Of a stretch of DNA of 64,000 bases, positions 24,876 through 39,670 are shown piece after piece. Numbering within the stretch: position 1 is the first letter of the stretch; every line of letters starts with the position of its first letter. The position numbers and the translations under genes are program-made. The notes beneath the pieces are model-generated. The model saw nothing but the letters and a program-made list of their open reading frames with translations. It searched no databases and was not told where the DNA came from. The DNA comes from Tricharina praecox (lineage: Eukaryota), in assembly GCF_024521635.1 (NCBI RefSeq), contig NW_026250412.1, positions 744,001 through 808,000 of the forward strand, read 5' to 3'.

Positions 24876-27659
24876 ATGCTTTCCCGAAGCCGAGCGCTCG
24901 CCAGGGCATCGTCCCGGGCGATATCCACCAGCACCGTCGCCGCCTCGATAAGACCTCGCATACTTCCGCACCGGCTGGCGCCCGCATGGACAACGTCGGG
25001 GCCACTGTCAGCGACCTCACGACTGACCATCGACCGGCGATTCTACTCGAAGAAGAGCACGAATGCGCCAAAATCCAAGAAGATCCTGCCGCCCCCGGAG
25101 GAGCTTCCTCCGCCGTACGAGGACTTCAAGCCGGTGCCGTACGAGCAGCTCAACCCGGTCATGCAGAAATGGGTCGACCATCTCTTCTCGCTCGATAAGA
25201 ATACCGACCCCTACGAGAAGCGTTGGAACAGCATGTCGGATTTCGATAAGGAGGCTATGGCGCAGTCCATGATGCAGATTGCGAAGTTGCACCGGCTGGG
25301 TCGCGATATTCCGAGTGCTCTACGGGGATGGGTGAACGGAATTTTGGGCGGGGGACCTGGTGCGGCGGCTGAGGATGGAGCGACGAAGGCCAGCGCCAAG
25401 GGAGACAAAGAGGGCGGCGAACATAAGCAAGGGCAGCGGAAGGAGGGCAGCCAGCAGCAGAAGCAGGGTGACGGAGGAGGAATGCCGACCACTCCCAGGG
25501 TGGATATTACGACTGCCATTCTGGCTACGTTCGCCACTTGGCTGGTCGTCAGGTTTATCTCCCCCGGAGAGCAATCCCGCGAGATCACTTGGCAGGAGTT
25601 CAGGAACACTTTCCTAGACAAAGGTTTGGTTGAGAGGTTGGTCGTGATCAACCGGAACCGTGTCAAGGTCCACCTCTACGGAGATGCTACGGCCACCGCA
25701 TATCCTGACTCTCCAGCTGCAAGCGGAAACTTCTTTTACTACTTCAGTGTTGGCTCTGTTGAGGCTTTCGAGCGCCGCCTGGAGGAGGCTCAGCGGGAGT
25801 TGGGGATCCCTAGCCACGAGCGTATTCCGGTTGCCTACAAGGACGAAATCTCTTGGACCGGAACCATTCTGTCGTTTGCCCCGACGCTTCTTGTCATTGG
25901 ATCAATAATATTCCTCTCACGACGTGCCTCCGGTGGAGGTGGCCAGAGCGGTATCTTCGGCATTGGCAAGTCCAGGGCCAAGATGTTTAACCAGGAGACC
26001 GATATTACCACCAAGTTCAAGGATGTCGCCGGAATGGACGAGGCAAAGGTTGAAATCATGGAGTTCGTGTCGTTCCTAAAGCAACCCGAGAAGTTCGAGA
26101 AGCTCGGAGCCAAGATCCCACGAGGAGCAATTCTCTCCGGCCCCCCTGGAACCGGTAAGACTCTGCTCGCTAAGGCTACAGCCGGAGAAGCTGGTGTGCC
26201 CTTCTTCTCGGTCAGCGGTTCGGAATTCGTGGAGATGTTCGTCGGTGTTGGTCCTTCCCGTGTGCGTGACCTGTTCGCAAAGGCCAGGAAGAATACTCCT
26301 TGCATCATCTTTGTGGACGAGATCGATGCCATTGGAAAGGCCCGTGCAAAGTCGAACTTCGGTGGAGGAAATGACGAGCGTGAGAGCACGCTCAACCAGC
26401 TTCTTACCGAGATGGATGGTTTCAACACCCAGGACCAGGTGGTTGTGCTTGCCGGTACCAACCGTGCGGATGTCCTTGATAAGGCGTTGATGCGACCCGG
26501 TCGTTTCGACAGACACATCGTGATCGATAGGCCGACCATGGATGGCAGGAAGCAAATCTTCTTGGTCCATCTGGCCAAGGTCACGACGTTTGAGGAAATG
26601 GACTACCTGAGTGGAAGGCTTGCTGCGTTGACTCCTGGATTCGCCGGTGCTGATATCGCCAACTGTGTGAACGAGGCTGCTCTTATCGGTATGATTTCCG
26701 ATCTATTTACCGGCTAATGTCTTTGCTAACGGAAGGATAGCTGCCCGTCAGAGCGCCGAGTCGGTCAAGATGACGCACTTCGAGCAGGCCATTGAGCGTG
26801 TCATTGGTGGTCTGGAGAAGAAGTCTCTAGTCCTTTCTCCAGACGAGAAGCGGACCGTCGCATACCATGAGGCCGGCCACGCCATCTGCGGTTGGTACCT
26901 CCGGTACGCGGACCCTCTTTTGAAGGTTTCCATCATTCCGCGTGGATCCGGTGCTCTTGGATACGCCCAGTACCTTCCTTCCGGCGAGCAGTACCTGATG
27001 TCTGTCAACCAACTGATGGACCGCATGGCGATGACGCTTGGAGGTCGTGTATCGGAGGAGCTTCACTTTGACACGGTCACCAGCGGGGCTTCCGACGATT
27101 TCAACAAAGTCACTAGATTGGCAACGGCTATGGTTACCAAGTGGGGTATGAGCCAGGAAGTTGGATATCTCCACTTCGAGGACGACGAGCAGAAACTTAC
27201 CAAGCCTTTCTCGGAGGCTACCGCCCAAAAGATCGACTCCGAGGTCAAGAGGATTGTCCAAGACGCGTACGAGAAGTGCAAGGCCCTCTTGACGGAGAAG
27301 AAGAGTGAAATCGGACTTATTGCCGAGGAGCTGCTGTCGAAGGAGGTTCTGTCTAGAGACGATATGATCCGGTTGTTGGGAAAGAGGTTGGCCCCCATAT
27401 CTGCCACTCGTCTGGTAGTGAACCCGCACTGACAGTAGACAGGCCATTTGCGGACAGGGACGAGTTCGAGAAGTTCTTTGCTCCGCGGGGAGAGACATCA
27501 GCGCCTCCGTAAGTTTATAACGCTCTCGTTATCCCCTCTATCTGTCATCGAACGGATTACTGCTTCTTTCACTAGACTAATCGTTCACTCTCCTACAGTC
27601 CATTCCCCACCGACATCCCACCAACCGAGACCGACACGCCGCCCACTCCGACTTCGTAG
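24876..27659 (+). CDS. YTA12: Mitochondrial m-AAA protease subunit (Yta12/Afg3, FtsH family)
   Basis: Arg/Ser-rich presequence, [42 protein letters not shown] zinc motif. Introns after 26688, after 27386 and near 27508; stop TAG 27657-27659. Confidence 0.95.
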
Positions 27660-28861
27660 ACTCATGCGAACTCGTCATCTAGGAGAGAGGACTTTTTCAA
27701 TTGGAGGGTAGTTGTACCAAATCTGTCAATTTCGAAATGGATTGAATTGAGCCGCGTCATGTACAAGATTAGTTGTAAATATACTTGCTGAGCGGATGGA
27801 TGGGGAGTAGTAAGGTGTGGTTTTGCTTTTCAACGGTTGGACTTTTTTTTTGCTCTTTTTCGCGCGCCCACCAGTGTACTATTATCTTCACTCTTTCCTT
27901 CTTGTTTGCCAGCTAGGTTTACCAAATAGAGACGAGGTCGGAGGGAGCCATCGGAATCTGCTGCTGCACCCGAACCAGATATATATGCTTTGCGGCCGTT
28001 CGGAACTAATGTACACATACACATCTGCACCGCTACCGAGGTAAGTAGCTACACTAGAGTAGGTATCTACGGGAACATCGAAGGGTTCGCTCGAATTGCT
28101 AGTATGATACATAGATTTCAGCCACCCATTATCCTGAAGATGCTCCGACGTTCCTGCTAGTAATTCTAGCCACTTGGGAGCAGTAAAACGCCTTGCACGA
28201 GCCGTTGCTGCAGTCCCGACTCATACGTGCATGAGTACTACACAATTTTCTTCCAAGTTTGAAGCTTGACACCCCCGGACGGTACATATGTCGCCGCATA
28301 AAAGGCACGGATCTGTATGGGCAGAAACCCGCCGAGAAATGCGTCAAGGTCCGAGCTTGGACTCTCCGTTCGGCTGTCCCCGTCTCGGCGAACGCGTTGA
28401 GATGTGGAGAGATAATGGAATGGGTACGGCACAGGACGTGGATATGCCTGGATTCAATGCTGCGGCTTCTTCGTTGACAGGACAGTGAAGGTTCATGTCT
28501 TCAAGCAAGCAAGCGAGCAGTGACTTGAGCTTCCTTCCTGGTTATCGCAGATTAGCGGCTATGGGGGCCGGGGAGATGCTCTTTTTTCTCCTCGCACATT
28601 TTAGAGTAATAATCTCTGGCAGCTCCCGCACGCCAGGAACTTGGCGTCCGTTCGAATTCAATCATCTTCCTTGTCGCCGAGCCCATAGGCGGACTTTTTT
28701 TGAACGGAACTGGATCGTCTTGACGTTTAAGAAATCGAGTTGAAATATAAGAGTATACCTGAGCTATCTTTCCCTAAGTTATATTTCTCTCCTACTTCAC
28801 CCTGTAACTGTACTGTACTATACTGTACAGTGTACACGCGATACACGAAAGAAACGAAACG

Positions 28862-31425
28862 ATGAGCTCCTTCAACAACTCGCCACGTCCCCCGGCCGCC
28901 GCCGTGCCATGGTGGCGCATCTACTGGTTCCGGGGAATGGTTAATGACATCAAGAGGAGAGCGCCGTTCTATGTCTCAGACTTCACCGATGCGTGGGATT
29001 ATAGGATCGTGCCGAGTACCAGTGAGAACCCCCTTTTGTCTGCGATGCGATGCTTGCGAATCGGTACACTGACAGCACGGTACAGTTTACATGTACTTTG
29101 CAAAGTAGGTCCCTTTTTTTTGTTTCTCTTCTCTTTTTCTTCTCTCTCTCTCTTGTCCAACAAACTATTCGGGCGCCGGCGACAAGGTGAAGTACTGACT
29201 TCGGGGATTTTTTTCCGTGGCGGACATGAAGTATTTTGCCAGCTCTGGCTTTCTCGTATGATATGTAAGGAAGCTTCCCGATTCATTCTTTCGTATGCAG
29301 GGTGGCTAAAACGACATCTATGTAGGTACGAGAAGATGGATGGTGCCTACGGCGTCAACGAAGTGCTGCTTGCTTCGGTGCTAGGCGCCGTGGTGTTTTC
29401 GTTGCTAGCTGCACAGCCGCTGTGTATCGTTGGTGTTACGGGACCCATTACGGTGTTCAATTACACTGTCTATGATATTATGACGCCCAGGTATGTTTCC
29501 AGCTTGCTCCTGGCTGTTCTGATGGCGAGTTTGTGGCTGATCAAATACAGAGGGACACCGTATTTCCCGTTTATGTGCTGGATCTGCTTGTGGGTATCCC
29601 GTGCAGCAGACGTCTGCGATTAACAGGCATGCTGATACTCGTCCAGGTGGGCTATGGTCATGCACTGGATTCTGGCCATCACAAACGCTTGCAATGCCGT
29701 TCGATGGGTAACCCGGTTCAGCTGCGATATCTTCGGGTAAGTGATGAACTGAACCCTGCATTTGAGGTATCTACCTACTAACATCGCGCAAAGCTTCTAC
29801 GTAGCGATCCTCTACATTCAGAAAGGCATTCAAGTTCTCACGCTCCAATGGCGAGCCAGTGAAGCATCCGCATACCTTTCAATCATGGTTTCGTTGCTGG
29901 TTCTCATTACTGGCTACATCGCTGGTCTCATCGGCAACAGCAAGTTGTTCAACCATCCAGTCCGGGTGTTCTTGAAGGATTATGGTACGCCGTTGGCGGT
30001 CATCTTCTTCACCGGATTCCAGTTCATCGGGAAGATGGAGAATGTGCATCTTGAGCGCATGCCTATCAGCAAGGCTTTCCTTCCGACCCCGAACCGTGGT
30101 TGGTTCGTTCATTTCTGGGATATCAGCACGGGCGATATCTTTTTGGCCATCCCGTAAGCTTGTCCTATCATGGTTGACAATTTAGTGGAATATACTGACG
30201 TCAATGATAGCTTTGCGATCCTTTTGACGATTCTGTAGGCTCTCCCGTATCTTCAGATGACATGTCTGTGTGTGTGTTAACAGTGCACCGCAGGTTCTAC
30301 TTCGACCATAATGTGTCCAGTTTGATGGCCCAGGGAACCGAGTTCCCGTTGAAGAAACCTAGTGGATTTCATTGGGATATCTTTTTGCTGGGAATCACCA
30401 CCGGTATCTCTGGCATCCTGGGACTTCCGGCGCCAAAGTTCGTATAAAATCCGACCAGTGAGAGAGTATAGGCTGACATCGATATAGTGGTCTCATTCCC
30501 CAGGCGCCTTTCCACACCGCTTCCTTGTGTGTGACCCGGAAGCAGAGCGATGATGATGAGGATAATAAAGGCAAAGTGGAGACCGTTGTCGACCATGTCG
30601 TTGAGCAAAGAATCAGCAATTTGGCACAGGGCTTGCTCACCTTGGGCACCATGACTGGGCCTCTGCTGTTTGTTCTCGGGCTCATCCCCCAAGCTGTGTG
30701 TACTATCACTCGGTGTAAATGGCTGCCGAAAGAAGCTGACAGAAGATAGGTTATGGCCGGGCTTTTCTTCGTCATGGGACTGCAGGCACTGGAGGATAAC
30801 GGAATGACACTGAAGATTCTGTATCTTCTGAAAGACAAGACGCTCACTAGTATCAGCCATCCTCTTCGCCGCGTGAAGAACTCGACTCTTTGGGCGTTTG
30901 TCTGGGTTGAGCTAATTGGATTCGCTGCGGTTTGGCCCCGCCCATGATTTCCGGTGAAGGAAGGGCTCATGTTAACCCATTTAGACATTTGCAATCACCA
31001 ACACAATTGCCGCTGTTGGGTGAGTCTTCCCTGCTTCCGTTCCGTGACTATAGTTAACCGACGGATTCAGCTTCCCCGTCATCATCTTCATCTTGATCCC
31101 GATTCGCATGTACATCATGCCGAAGTACTTTCGTCCTGAAGACCTCGGTGCGTTGGACGAGCCCACGGCATCGGATTTCCTCCTGGAGTCGGTTGGAGGA
31201 AGTTGGGGCACGTATGTCGGTTCCGATGGTGCACCGTCGCCAGAAGATCCGGGCCGTACTCCTGTTATCTCCGATACCGAGGAAGATGTCATGGAGAGAG
31301 GTGATTCGGTCAGACTTCAGCGGCGGCGGAAGTCGTCGGCTGCACGGCCGGTATCGAGGGATGTGAATGAAGAGGCTGGATCGTCGTCAGCAGGGAGGGG
31401 ACTGCAGCATAGAAAAGGGCAGTAA
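28862..31425 (+). CDS. BOR1: HCO3-/borate transporter (SLC4/Bor1 family), highly spliced
   Basis: Spliced peptide reads DIKRRAPFYVSDFTDAW...IYMYFANILPALAF...YGVNEVLLASVLG...QPLCIVGVTGPI...FYFDHNVSSLMAQ...LKKPSGFHWD...VVEQRISNL. More than ten short introns, including a 19-nt exon (29086-29104). Confidence 0.92.
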
Positions 31426-32014
31426 TTTATGAAGTTCGACGGGATGGAGATGTCTTAGATGGTACGGCAGCAATGGGATTGCTAGGGTAGAACCGGGTGG
31501 GATTGAGAGTGGAGTGGTGATCCGAGCGTATAGACAATGTCCGGTAGATTTGATGCGCTGATGGATTGACGTCTATGTAATAATGTTTGCGGAATTTTGG
31601 CATGTTTCGAGTCGACTGGAGTCCTTTATTCCCCTTTACAGTGCAATTCGTTCTTTATTCTTCGTGTCTCACTCACAACCGAGCGACTGGCATGGCTGAC
31701 TCTCGGAGGTCCCTGGTCAACCGGACAACCAGAGATCCCGGCTTGGCGTCAAGCGCCAAAATCAGAGTGGCGGTTCCCTGCCCTTTCCTGACGCCAAAAG
31801 AGTTGTGAGGCACCTCACCTTCACACACACACACACACATAACTTGAACCTCCACCCCTCCCTCATCTCTCAAGCCTCAACCGCTTTCCGAACTCCTCCA
31901 TCTCTTGCTCCTTTCCCTTCCACATTACCCAGTTCACACTCGGTAGTATTCCCCTCCCGACCTACAACCACCAACTCCCATAAACAACCCCCTCTTTACT
32001 CACACTCCGACAAA

Positions 32015-33174
32015 ATGGGAGAGTCTCGGTATGTACCCAACTTTTTTGGCTGCGACCTATCGCCACCGACGTTGATGCTTCGTGCTGACCATGTTCCCAT
32101 GCAGACAAGAACTCCTGAACTGGCTCAACTCTCTGTTGCAGCTCAACATAACGCGTGTCGAACAATGCGGAACCGGGTATGTACACGTTGGATGGATCCC
32201 TGGCAATACTACGACAAGAAGCAAAACAGTACTGTGGGGTTGTCGGAGAAATAATTATTGGTGATCATGTTGGCTGATGAATATCCAATCACAGTGCGGC
32301 TTTCTGCCAGGTCCTCGACTCGATCTACGGTACAGCTCCCTCCCTCCCTCCCTCGGCCGACGATCCAAGTGAATGAGGTTTGCTTGCCCTCGCGGAACGT
32401 GTTGCTGATGTCCGGGTGTTACCACAGGAGATGTACCAATGCACAAGGTCAAATTCAATGCTCGTTCAGAATATGAATACATCAACAACCTCAAGGTCCT
32501 CACCGGTAAATATTCCTACGCCGGGTACGATATTCTACTACGGCGGCCCTTCTGACATGACTGGTTCTGCTTAGTATACTTCGCCCAGAAGAACATCGAC
32601 AGGCCCATCCACATCGAGAGACTCGTCAAGTGCAAGATGCAGGACAACCTGGAGTTCTTGCAGTGGACGAAGCGATTCTGGGATCAGAACTATCCCGGTG
32701 GCGACTACGATGCTCTTGCCCGCAGAAAGGGAGCGCCTGCCGTGATCGGAGGAACCCCCAAGGAGCCCATCCGCAGCAACGTCGGTGCGAACGCTGCGAA
32801 GAGAGGAACTACCCCTACCGTCGGTGGTGCTGCTAGAACCAGAACACCTCTTGGTGGTGGTGGCGGATCCGCCCACCTGCAGCAGGAGAATGCGCAGCTG
32901 AAGGAGAGCGTCGCTGGCTTGGAGAAGGAGAGGGATTTCTACTTCAGCAAGCTGCGTGACATCGAGTTGTTGGTCCAGAGGGCAGTGGAGGATCAGCCAG
33001 AGCTGGAGCAGGACGAGGATGGTTTGGTTCCTTCGATCCAGGCGATCCTGTATTCCACCGAGGTATGGCATTCAAATCCCCCCTTTGCTGTTGGTGTTTA
33101 ATACGTCTGACCAGCCTATGCAGGAAGGGTTCGTGATACCCGATACAGCGGAAGAGGACTTGGAGACGTTTTAG
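32015..33174 (+). CDS. BIM1: Microtubule plus-end binding protein EB1 (Bim1/Mal3)
   Basis: MGESRQELLNWLN, CKMQDNLEFLQW, LEKERDFYFSKLRDIE, ILYSTEEGF, acidic-aromatic tail EEDLETF; five introns. Confidence 0.96.
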
Positions 33175-33914
33175 ATGGCTTCCACGATGCGACGCGGGGG
33201 GTTCCCTCAGGAGAGAGTTTGCGAGTTGTATGAAGGCTTTTCTTTTCCCAAAATGTTGGAGTGCGGGGGGGCGGGGGTCGTTGAGTGTCTCATAGCACAG
33301 TGGCCTGTAGGGTTGCTTTTCGCGTGTGTTCTTCTACCTACCAAGCCAGCTATCCATCCGGGGGTTTGTTTCTCTCTATCTCTCCCTCTCACCTTTCTTT
33401 TTATGTCCCTTGGTTCCTTAACTTATTTTAAAGCTCCCCTTCTTCTTCTCATGAGCGCTATAGGGTAAAGTTGGTTGTTACTGTACGTGCGAAGTGCTTT
33501 TGTTGTGTTGATGGCCCACCGAGGCACCGTTATGAGCCTTTTTCTCGAGCAGGGAGGAACATCCTTCCCGTGTTTAGATATGATCTTGTAATGCATAGAC
33601 TACTTTATTCGGCCTCCTCATTTCTCCTCTGAATAATACTTCTTTCCCGTGAGGACGCTCTGTGAATAGAACCTAGCAAGGTGCATCCGGAGCTTGCGTT
33701 CCAGGGAATTATACTGCGGCTGAAACATAGAACTTCGATCGGGCAGCTCTGTCCTCTCGATTGGCGAGCCATTGAAGGCAAGGTGAGCTAATGCCTTGTG
33801 GCCACGTAGAGTGATGACCATGAATGCGGCTCCCCCCAGACCATCCACATCACCACATCACCGGCGCCCCACCCACCGTATGCGCCCCGCACCCCACCAC
33901 ACCAACCGAACACC

Positions 33915-36900
33915 ATGTCGCTCATAACCGGGCTCCTCTCAGGCGCGCAGGCACCGCCGAAACAAGACGCCACATCAACGATCCAAACACTATGTCTACG
34001 ACTGTCGTCCTCCACCCTCCTCGAAGACCGCCGCGCCGCGATCCTGGGATTGAGAAGCTTTGCGCGCGAGTTCCAGGAGCTCGTGGCCAGTGAGGGCCTC
34101 CGCGGCCTCATCGCCTGCTTGGCTAGGGACCGCGAGGACGGCGATACTGTTCGTGCCGTGCTCGAGACGCTGCTGATGTTGTTTGTGCCCGATGCGTTGA
34201 ATGTGCGTCCGTCGCCTGAGTTGGGGGGGATTGTGGGGGTGAGGGGGTGGGGGAAGGTAGGGGACAAGGTGCTGACGTAGCGGAGTGTAGCTGGAGAGCT
34301 CAGGGGATATAGCGCTGTGGCTTACGGATGAGTTTACTCAGGTCTGTGGCACCTTTTTTTCTGCGCCGGGGGAGAGCGGATGGGAGGCAGATGGGAGGCG
34401 GATGGGATGAGAGGCTGATGGAGAACGCAAGAAACAAGAGAATATCACCATCCTCCTGGATCTGCTAGAAGACGGCGATTTCTTCATCCGTCTGTACGCG
34501 CTACAGCTGCTCGCGGCGATCTCGAATAATCGGCCGGCGAGGACGCAGGAATGTGTCTATACCGCGCCGCTGGGGGTGAATAGGCTGGTGGAGATATTGG
34601 GGGATAAGAGGGAGGCTATACGGAATGGTGTGTTGTGTGGGATGGCGAGGGAAGGAAAGGGCTGACGGGAAGACAGAGGCGGTGTTACTGATAATACACC
34701 TTTCGGCCGGCCACACCGATATCCAGAAGATGATCACGTTTTCGAATGCGTTTGACCAGGTCTTTGCGATCATTGATACCGAAGGCGGCATGGAAGGTGG
34801 GATAGTGGTGCAGGATTGCCTACAGCTTCTCTCGAATCTCCTCAGCTTCAACGTCTCGAACCAGAAATATTTCCGGGAGACCGGCGGAATTCCGAAGCTG
34901 GCCGCGTTACTGGATCTAGGGCCGGAGGATAAGGTGCTGCCGTTCGCTAGGGAGCAGAGGGATACCAATATTCAGTATGCGCTGAGATTGGTAAGGCTGT
35001 TTGTTGTGCCTGGAGGGTTGGGGACGGTCCAGAATCAGAATGCTCTCGTAGCGGCGGGGATAATGCATTTGGTGGTCAAGGCTGCGTTTTCGCCGGCGGA
35101 TCTAGCAGTGCGCACGGAGGCGCTGAAAGCGGTGGCTGATCTGATCGACGGGAATAAACCGCTGCAAGAAGCATTCGGGACTATGGTGGTTGCTCCGCCG
35201 GAACTGCAACCGCCACCTCCGCTGCCGTCGCCTGACGGCGGTAATAAGAATGGGGATAGGGCGGAGATTGAACCGGTGGAGTGCGGGGTTATCGAGGGAC
35301 TGCTAGATCTGGCACTGATGAACTCATCGAAACATGTGTTTGATGCACGGTTTGCAGCTGGTAGGAGTCTGGAGGCTTACTTCAATGGTAACGAGCTCGT
35401 CCGACGACATTTCCTTGCATACGCAATCGAGCTGCATGATCATGGCGATCCATCGGCGAATGCCCTCACCTGCCTCCTCCACCTCGACAACGCCTCCCGT
35501 GGCGACCCTTACCGCGTCTGGATCGCCAGTGCGATATTGATCCACCTGATCTACGACGATAAGGAAGCTAAAGTGCTCGCTACTGGCGTAAAAGAAGGGG
35601 ACGCTGAAGCCGGCGAAGAAGTGGTTACCGCTATCCAAGGCATATCTGCCAACCTGATCATGGCCCTTCAACACCAATACGACCCTCGTATCTGCATTGG
35701 CTACCTAATGCTCCTCTGCGTTTGGCTCTTCGGCGATTCTGACGCAGTTGACGACTTCCTGAGCGAAGGAGCCAGTGTGCAGGCGCTCGTCGGCGCCGTA
35801 AAAGAAAATGGCGTGGACCTCATCGTCCAGGGACTCTCCACCCTGCTCCTCGGAATCCTGTACGAGTTCTCGCATGCACAGTCTCCTGTATCTCGCACAC
35901 AGGTCCACGAGATCCTGACTCAGCAGATGGAGCGAGATCTCTACGTCAACAAACTAACCAAGCTCCGCTCCCACCCGCTGATCCGTGACTTTGAGGTTTC
36001 GAAAGATGAGTTCATGCCGGGCCAGCGACCACGGCATGGGCACGGCCTGCCAGAGGTCTATTTTGATCCGGTATTTGTTGAGTTCTTCAAGGACAACTGC
36101 GGCCAGATCGTGCGCGCAATCGATAAGGACCCCAATCTCGAGACGAAAATCACCGCCAATGGGATTACCAAGGTCAGCAATGGCGTCAATCTCGAAGAGC
36201 TAGAGTCACTCCGCGGTCAAGTCGAGGAGAGCCAGCGGATACTTGCCGCTGTTGAGGACGAGAAACACGCGATAGAAGCTCAGCATGCAGCCGAAATGAA
36301 CGCAGTCCACCAGCAATTCCAGGCCGCACAGGATTCGCTCCAAAAAGACCACTCTTCTGTCATAGCAGGGCTCCAGAAGCAGCTTCTTGCCGCACAACAG
36401 CTGAGCTCCCAGCTGCAGCAGTCCTTCCAGCGGTCACGCGAAGCACTCGCCGCAGAGACTCGGAAACACAACGAGGCGATCGAGACGCAGCGGAAGAAGT
36501 TCGAAGCGGAGAAGGTTACTGCTGACGAGCGGAACCGTACCATTATGGAGGAGATGCGCCAGCGGAATCGACGCACTGTTGAGGAGAAGGAAACGCTTGT
36601 ACAATCGCTACGGAAGCAGATTGGTGAGCTGCAGCAGCATGCGAAGGCTGCGGCGAATGAGGTGCAGCAAGTGAAGCGGCAGCAGGACGAGGCGGGCAGG
36701 AGGAGCCAAGCCGCTGCAGAGGAGGCGGAACGGAAACTGGCGGATGTGCAACGGCAGGCGGAAGAGGCGGTGGCTAGACTTGCGGCCGAGAAAGACGCCC
36801 AGATGGGTAAACTCGCCGTAGAGAAGGATGCGCAGCTCCAGGCACTGCAACGCCAATTCGAGGAGACCCGGCGGAACGCCGAATCGGTTGACGAGGCGCG

Positions 36901-37600
36901 GCGGCAGGCGGAGGAACATTCACGGGGACTGCAACAGGAGCTAGAGCAGGCTCGATCATACACCGCCTCCATAACCTCCGAAAAGGACTCCGAGCTGCAA
37001 GCTGCGCGGGCACAGCTTGAGGAGCGGGATGACCAGCTTTCGAAATTACAATCCGACCTGGAGCAGGCAGCGAAGAAGCATGCGGAGGACCTCGAGTCGC
37101 AACTCGCCGAGCGCGACTCCCGTCTTTCACAACTCCAGTCCTCGCTCGACCGCGCCGCAAAAGAACACGCACAAGACCTTGCAACCCAGCACGAAGAGCA
37201 CACAACCGAGCTCAAGAAGAAGTTTTCCATCATCGCCGAGCTGGAAGCGAAGCTTGCCTCGACCATTGACGCCGCTACCCTCGAAAAGGAAAAGACGGCG
37301 GCGGCGGAGGCGGCAAAAGCCCGTGATGCTGCCGTGAAAGAGAAGGAAGCGCTGGCTAAGGAATGCGACGAGGTTAAGGCTAAGGCTGAGGAGGTGCAGA
37401 CCGAATTGGACGATTTGTTTATGGTACTAGGAGATTTGGAGGAGAAGAGGAAGGCGGACAAGGTTTGTTGGCTCAATTTCCTGTCTGTGGTTTTACACGA
37501 AGTACTGACTGTGGACTAGAAACGCTTAAAGGAGCTGGGCCAAGAGGTGTCTGAGGACGAGGATGAGGACGACGATGACGATGACAACGATGAGGAGTGA
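33915..37600 (+). CDS. USO1: Vesicle-tethering factor Uso1/p115
   Basis: TIQTLCLRLSSSTLLEDRRAAILGLRSF head, GGIVVQDCLQLLSNLL, long C-terminal coiled coil, QTELDDLFMVLGDLEEKR and acidic tail; spliced. Confidence 0.95.
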
Positions 37601-38987
37601 TTGTCGTAATACGACTGGCGAAGGAATACTTGAGTGCTTGATTTTGATGCATGGCGATACATAGAATACTGTTCTGATTCCTTTCTTTCTTCGAGCATAA
37701 TCCTAGACGGCTTTCCCGGCGAGTTGGTTGACTAACCCTTTGGTTAATGAAAGAGGATTCTTGGAGAAATCACGCGTTCACTTTGGTTTGGTTTGTTTTG
37801 TTGTATTTTAAATTGTTCTGTTGTATTGCATTTGTTGATGTAAGTACATCTCTACTGGTAATGTTGGACTGGGAGCACATTGAAGTAGGAGCAGCGAAGA
37901 GAATTGTTCGAGAGTCTGTGAGTGAACTTGGCCAGGGAGATTGTACTGTACTATTTATAGTAGCGCAAGCCACTGACGGCCACTAACCAGTAACCAGTGA
38001 CCACTGCGAACTTCGAAACAGAGGACAATAGGTATGTAAAAGCCAGGGAGGTGGGCAGAAAACGAGGAGGCAGTACCTATCAGGAGAGACCACAGGGAGA
38101 GATGAGGCACCTACTCTACCTCATACTGGACGAGATGGTGCCGAGGTGTTGGAACCTGGAGGTGGACACCGGACGGGGCTCTGAGCAAGTTCACTATCTA
38201 CTCTTTTCTTTTTCCCTCTCTTTACTTTTCTGATCCGTTTCTGTCCTGTTCCATACGTACCTATGTACACACGTAATTTCCTTGGAGGCGGCCGGGCGGC
38301 GGAGAGAAAAAGGAACTCACCGTCCACGTCGAACTTGCGGCCACTGGTCAGCGGTTCGAGACTGTGGGCAATGGGGGTGGAGATGGATGGGAAGTATCTG
38401 TGTAGTTTGAGGTGGAGTGGAGTGGAGTGGATGTTATGTAATTCCTTATTCACGTAGTCTGTATTTACTGCATACGGCATAGCCAATACTTTATTGATTG
38501 ACCATCGTGAAGCGAGCATCGCGGCCACGGTAACACGCACAGTGGACTCATCGTTAGTGTACACTGTGCCCGTATGCACCAGTTGGGGTTCCAAAATATT
38601 GCAACAGGTTACTTCTAGAAGCCTTGGCGAGCTAGCCGCACCAGTGACCACTGACCACTGACCACCACAACCACGCAGAAACAATATTCGTGAAGCACAG
38701 CATATGTGAGTCGTTATAAAGAGGGGGAAAAACCCCTCACGGGGGGAGAGGGCGAGACAAGGCTCGCTCAACTCATATATGCCAGAAGAAAACGACGGGA
38801 GCGAAGGAACGAAGAAACTCGACACATACATACATAACTTTGACACTATACGACGAAAGTCCAAAAGACCAATTCGCACGCGCCACTTTTCGAGGTGTCA
38901 AGTACTACTATACATACCTCATACGTTTGACGGCGGGATAGCTAGGGAGTAAACTCCACCACCACCGGCATCCGTTCAGACTTCATC

Positions 38988-39670
38988 ATGGCCGAGCAGC
39001 TACCGCTAGTTGCGATGATGCAGATGCAGACGCAGATCCTACAGATGATCACGGACATCCACCAGACGGCGCAGTCGTGCGCCCGGCGGATGGACAAGCT
39101 GGAGGAAGACATGAAGAGCGTCCTGGTCAAGGTTGAAAGCGTCGTGCCCACCGTCGAGGGTCTGCGGGGTAAAGTCCTCGCGTTGGAGAAGGAGACGGCC
39201 GAGATGAAGTGTTTCCAGCAAGCGCAGTAAGTTTTTTGTTTTTGTTTGAGTGTGTTGCATATGTGTTGGGGGGAAACGGGAGTGTTGACTGTAGTCTGTC
39301 TGTCCTTGAGGTCGTGGAACGACACCTATCGCGCACTGAACCATCACAAGGCCGATTACGAAGCCATCAACGGTCTCAGAGACGTGCGTACGGGAGTGGC
39401 TATTCCCGGGTTTCCCACCACATTTTCCGAGATCAATTCTCTTGACGGTATGATACGTCTTTAGTTTTATCCAGCCAGGTTCGTGTGTTGATATGATACG
39501 TACTTACGTACTGAATACTGTGATACCTAGGGGCGTCGGTGGATAGAATATTGCTGGCGCTTGGGAGTCCTGCTCTTTCGTGGGCCGATTGGGGTGCAGG
39601 CGATGCTACTGCGGTGAAGCGTCGTATGCTGGCATATTTCGCTGGTAAACGTTCTATTGGTAGGTTTTAG
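38988..39670 (+). CDS. Small coiled-coil protein with Mug135-like C-terminal domain (hypothetical)
   Basis: Exons 38988-39226, 39311-39447, 39531-39670 splice in frame. N-terminal heptads followed by GLRDVRTGVAIPGFPTTFSEINSLDGASVDRILLALG...KRRMLAYFAG, resembling the Mug135-like C-terminal pattern (recalled, not searched). Confidence 0.7.

Noticed and set aside
36280..37476. 398-aa minus-strand ORF
   Set aside because: Ser/Cys/Ala-rich antisense mirror of the USO1 coiled coil.
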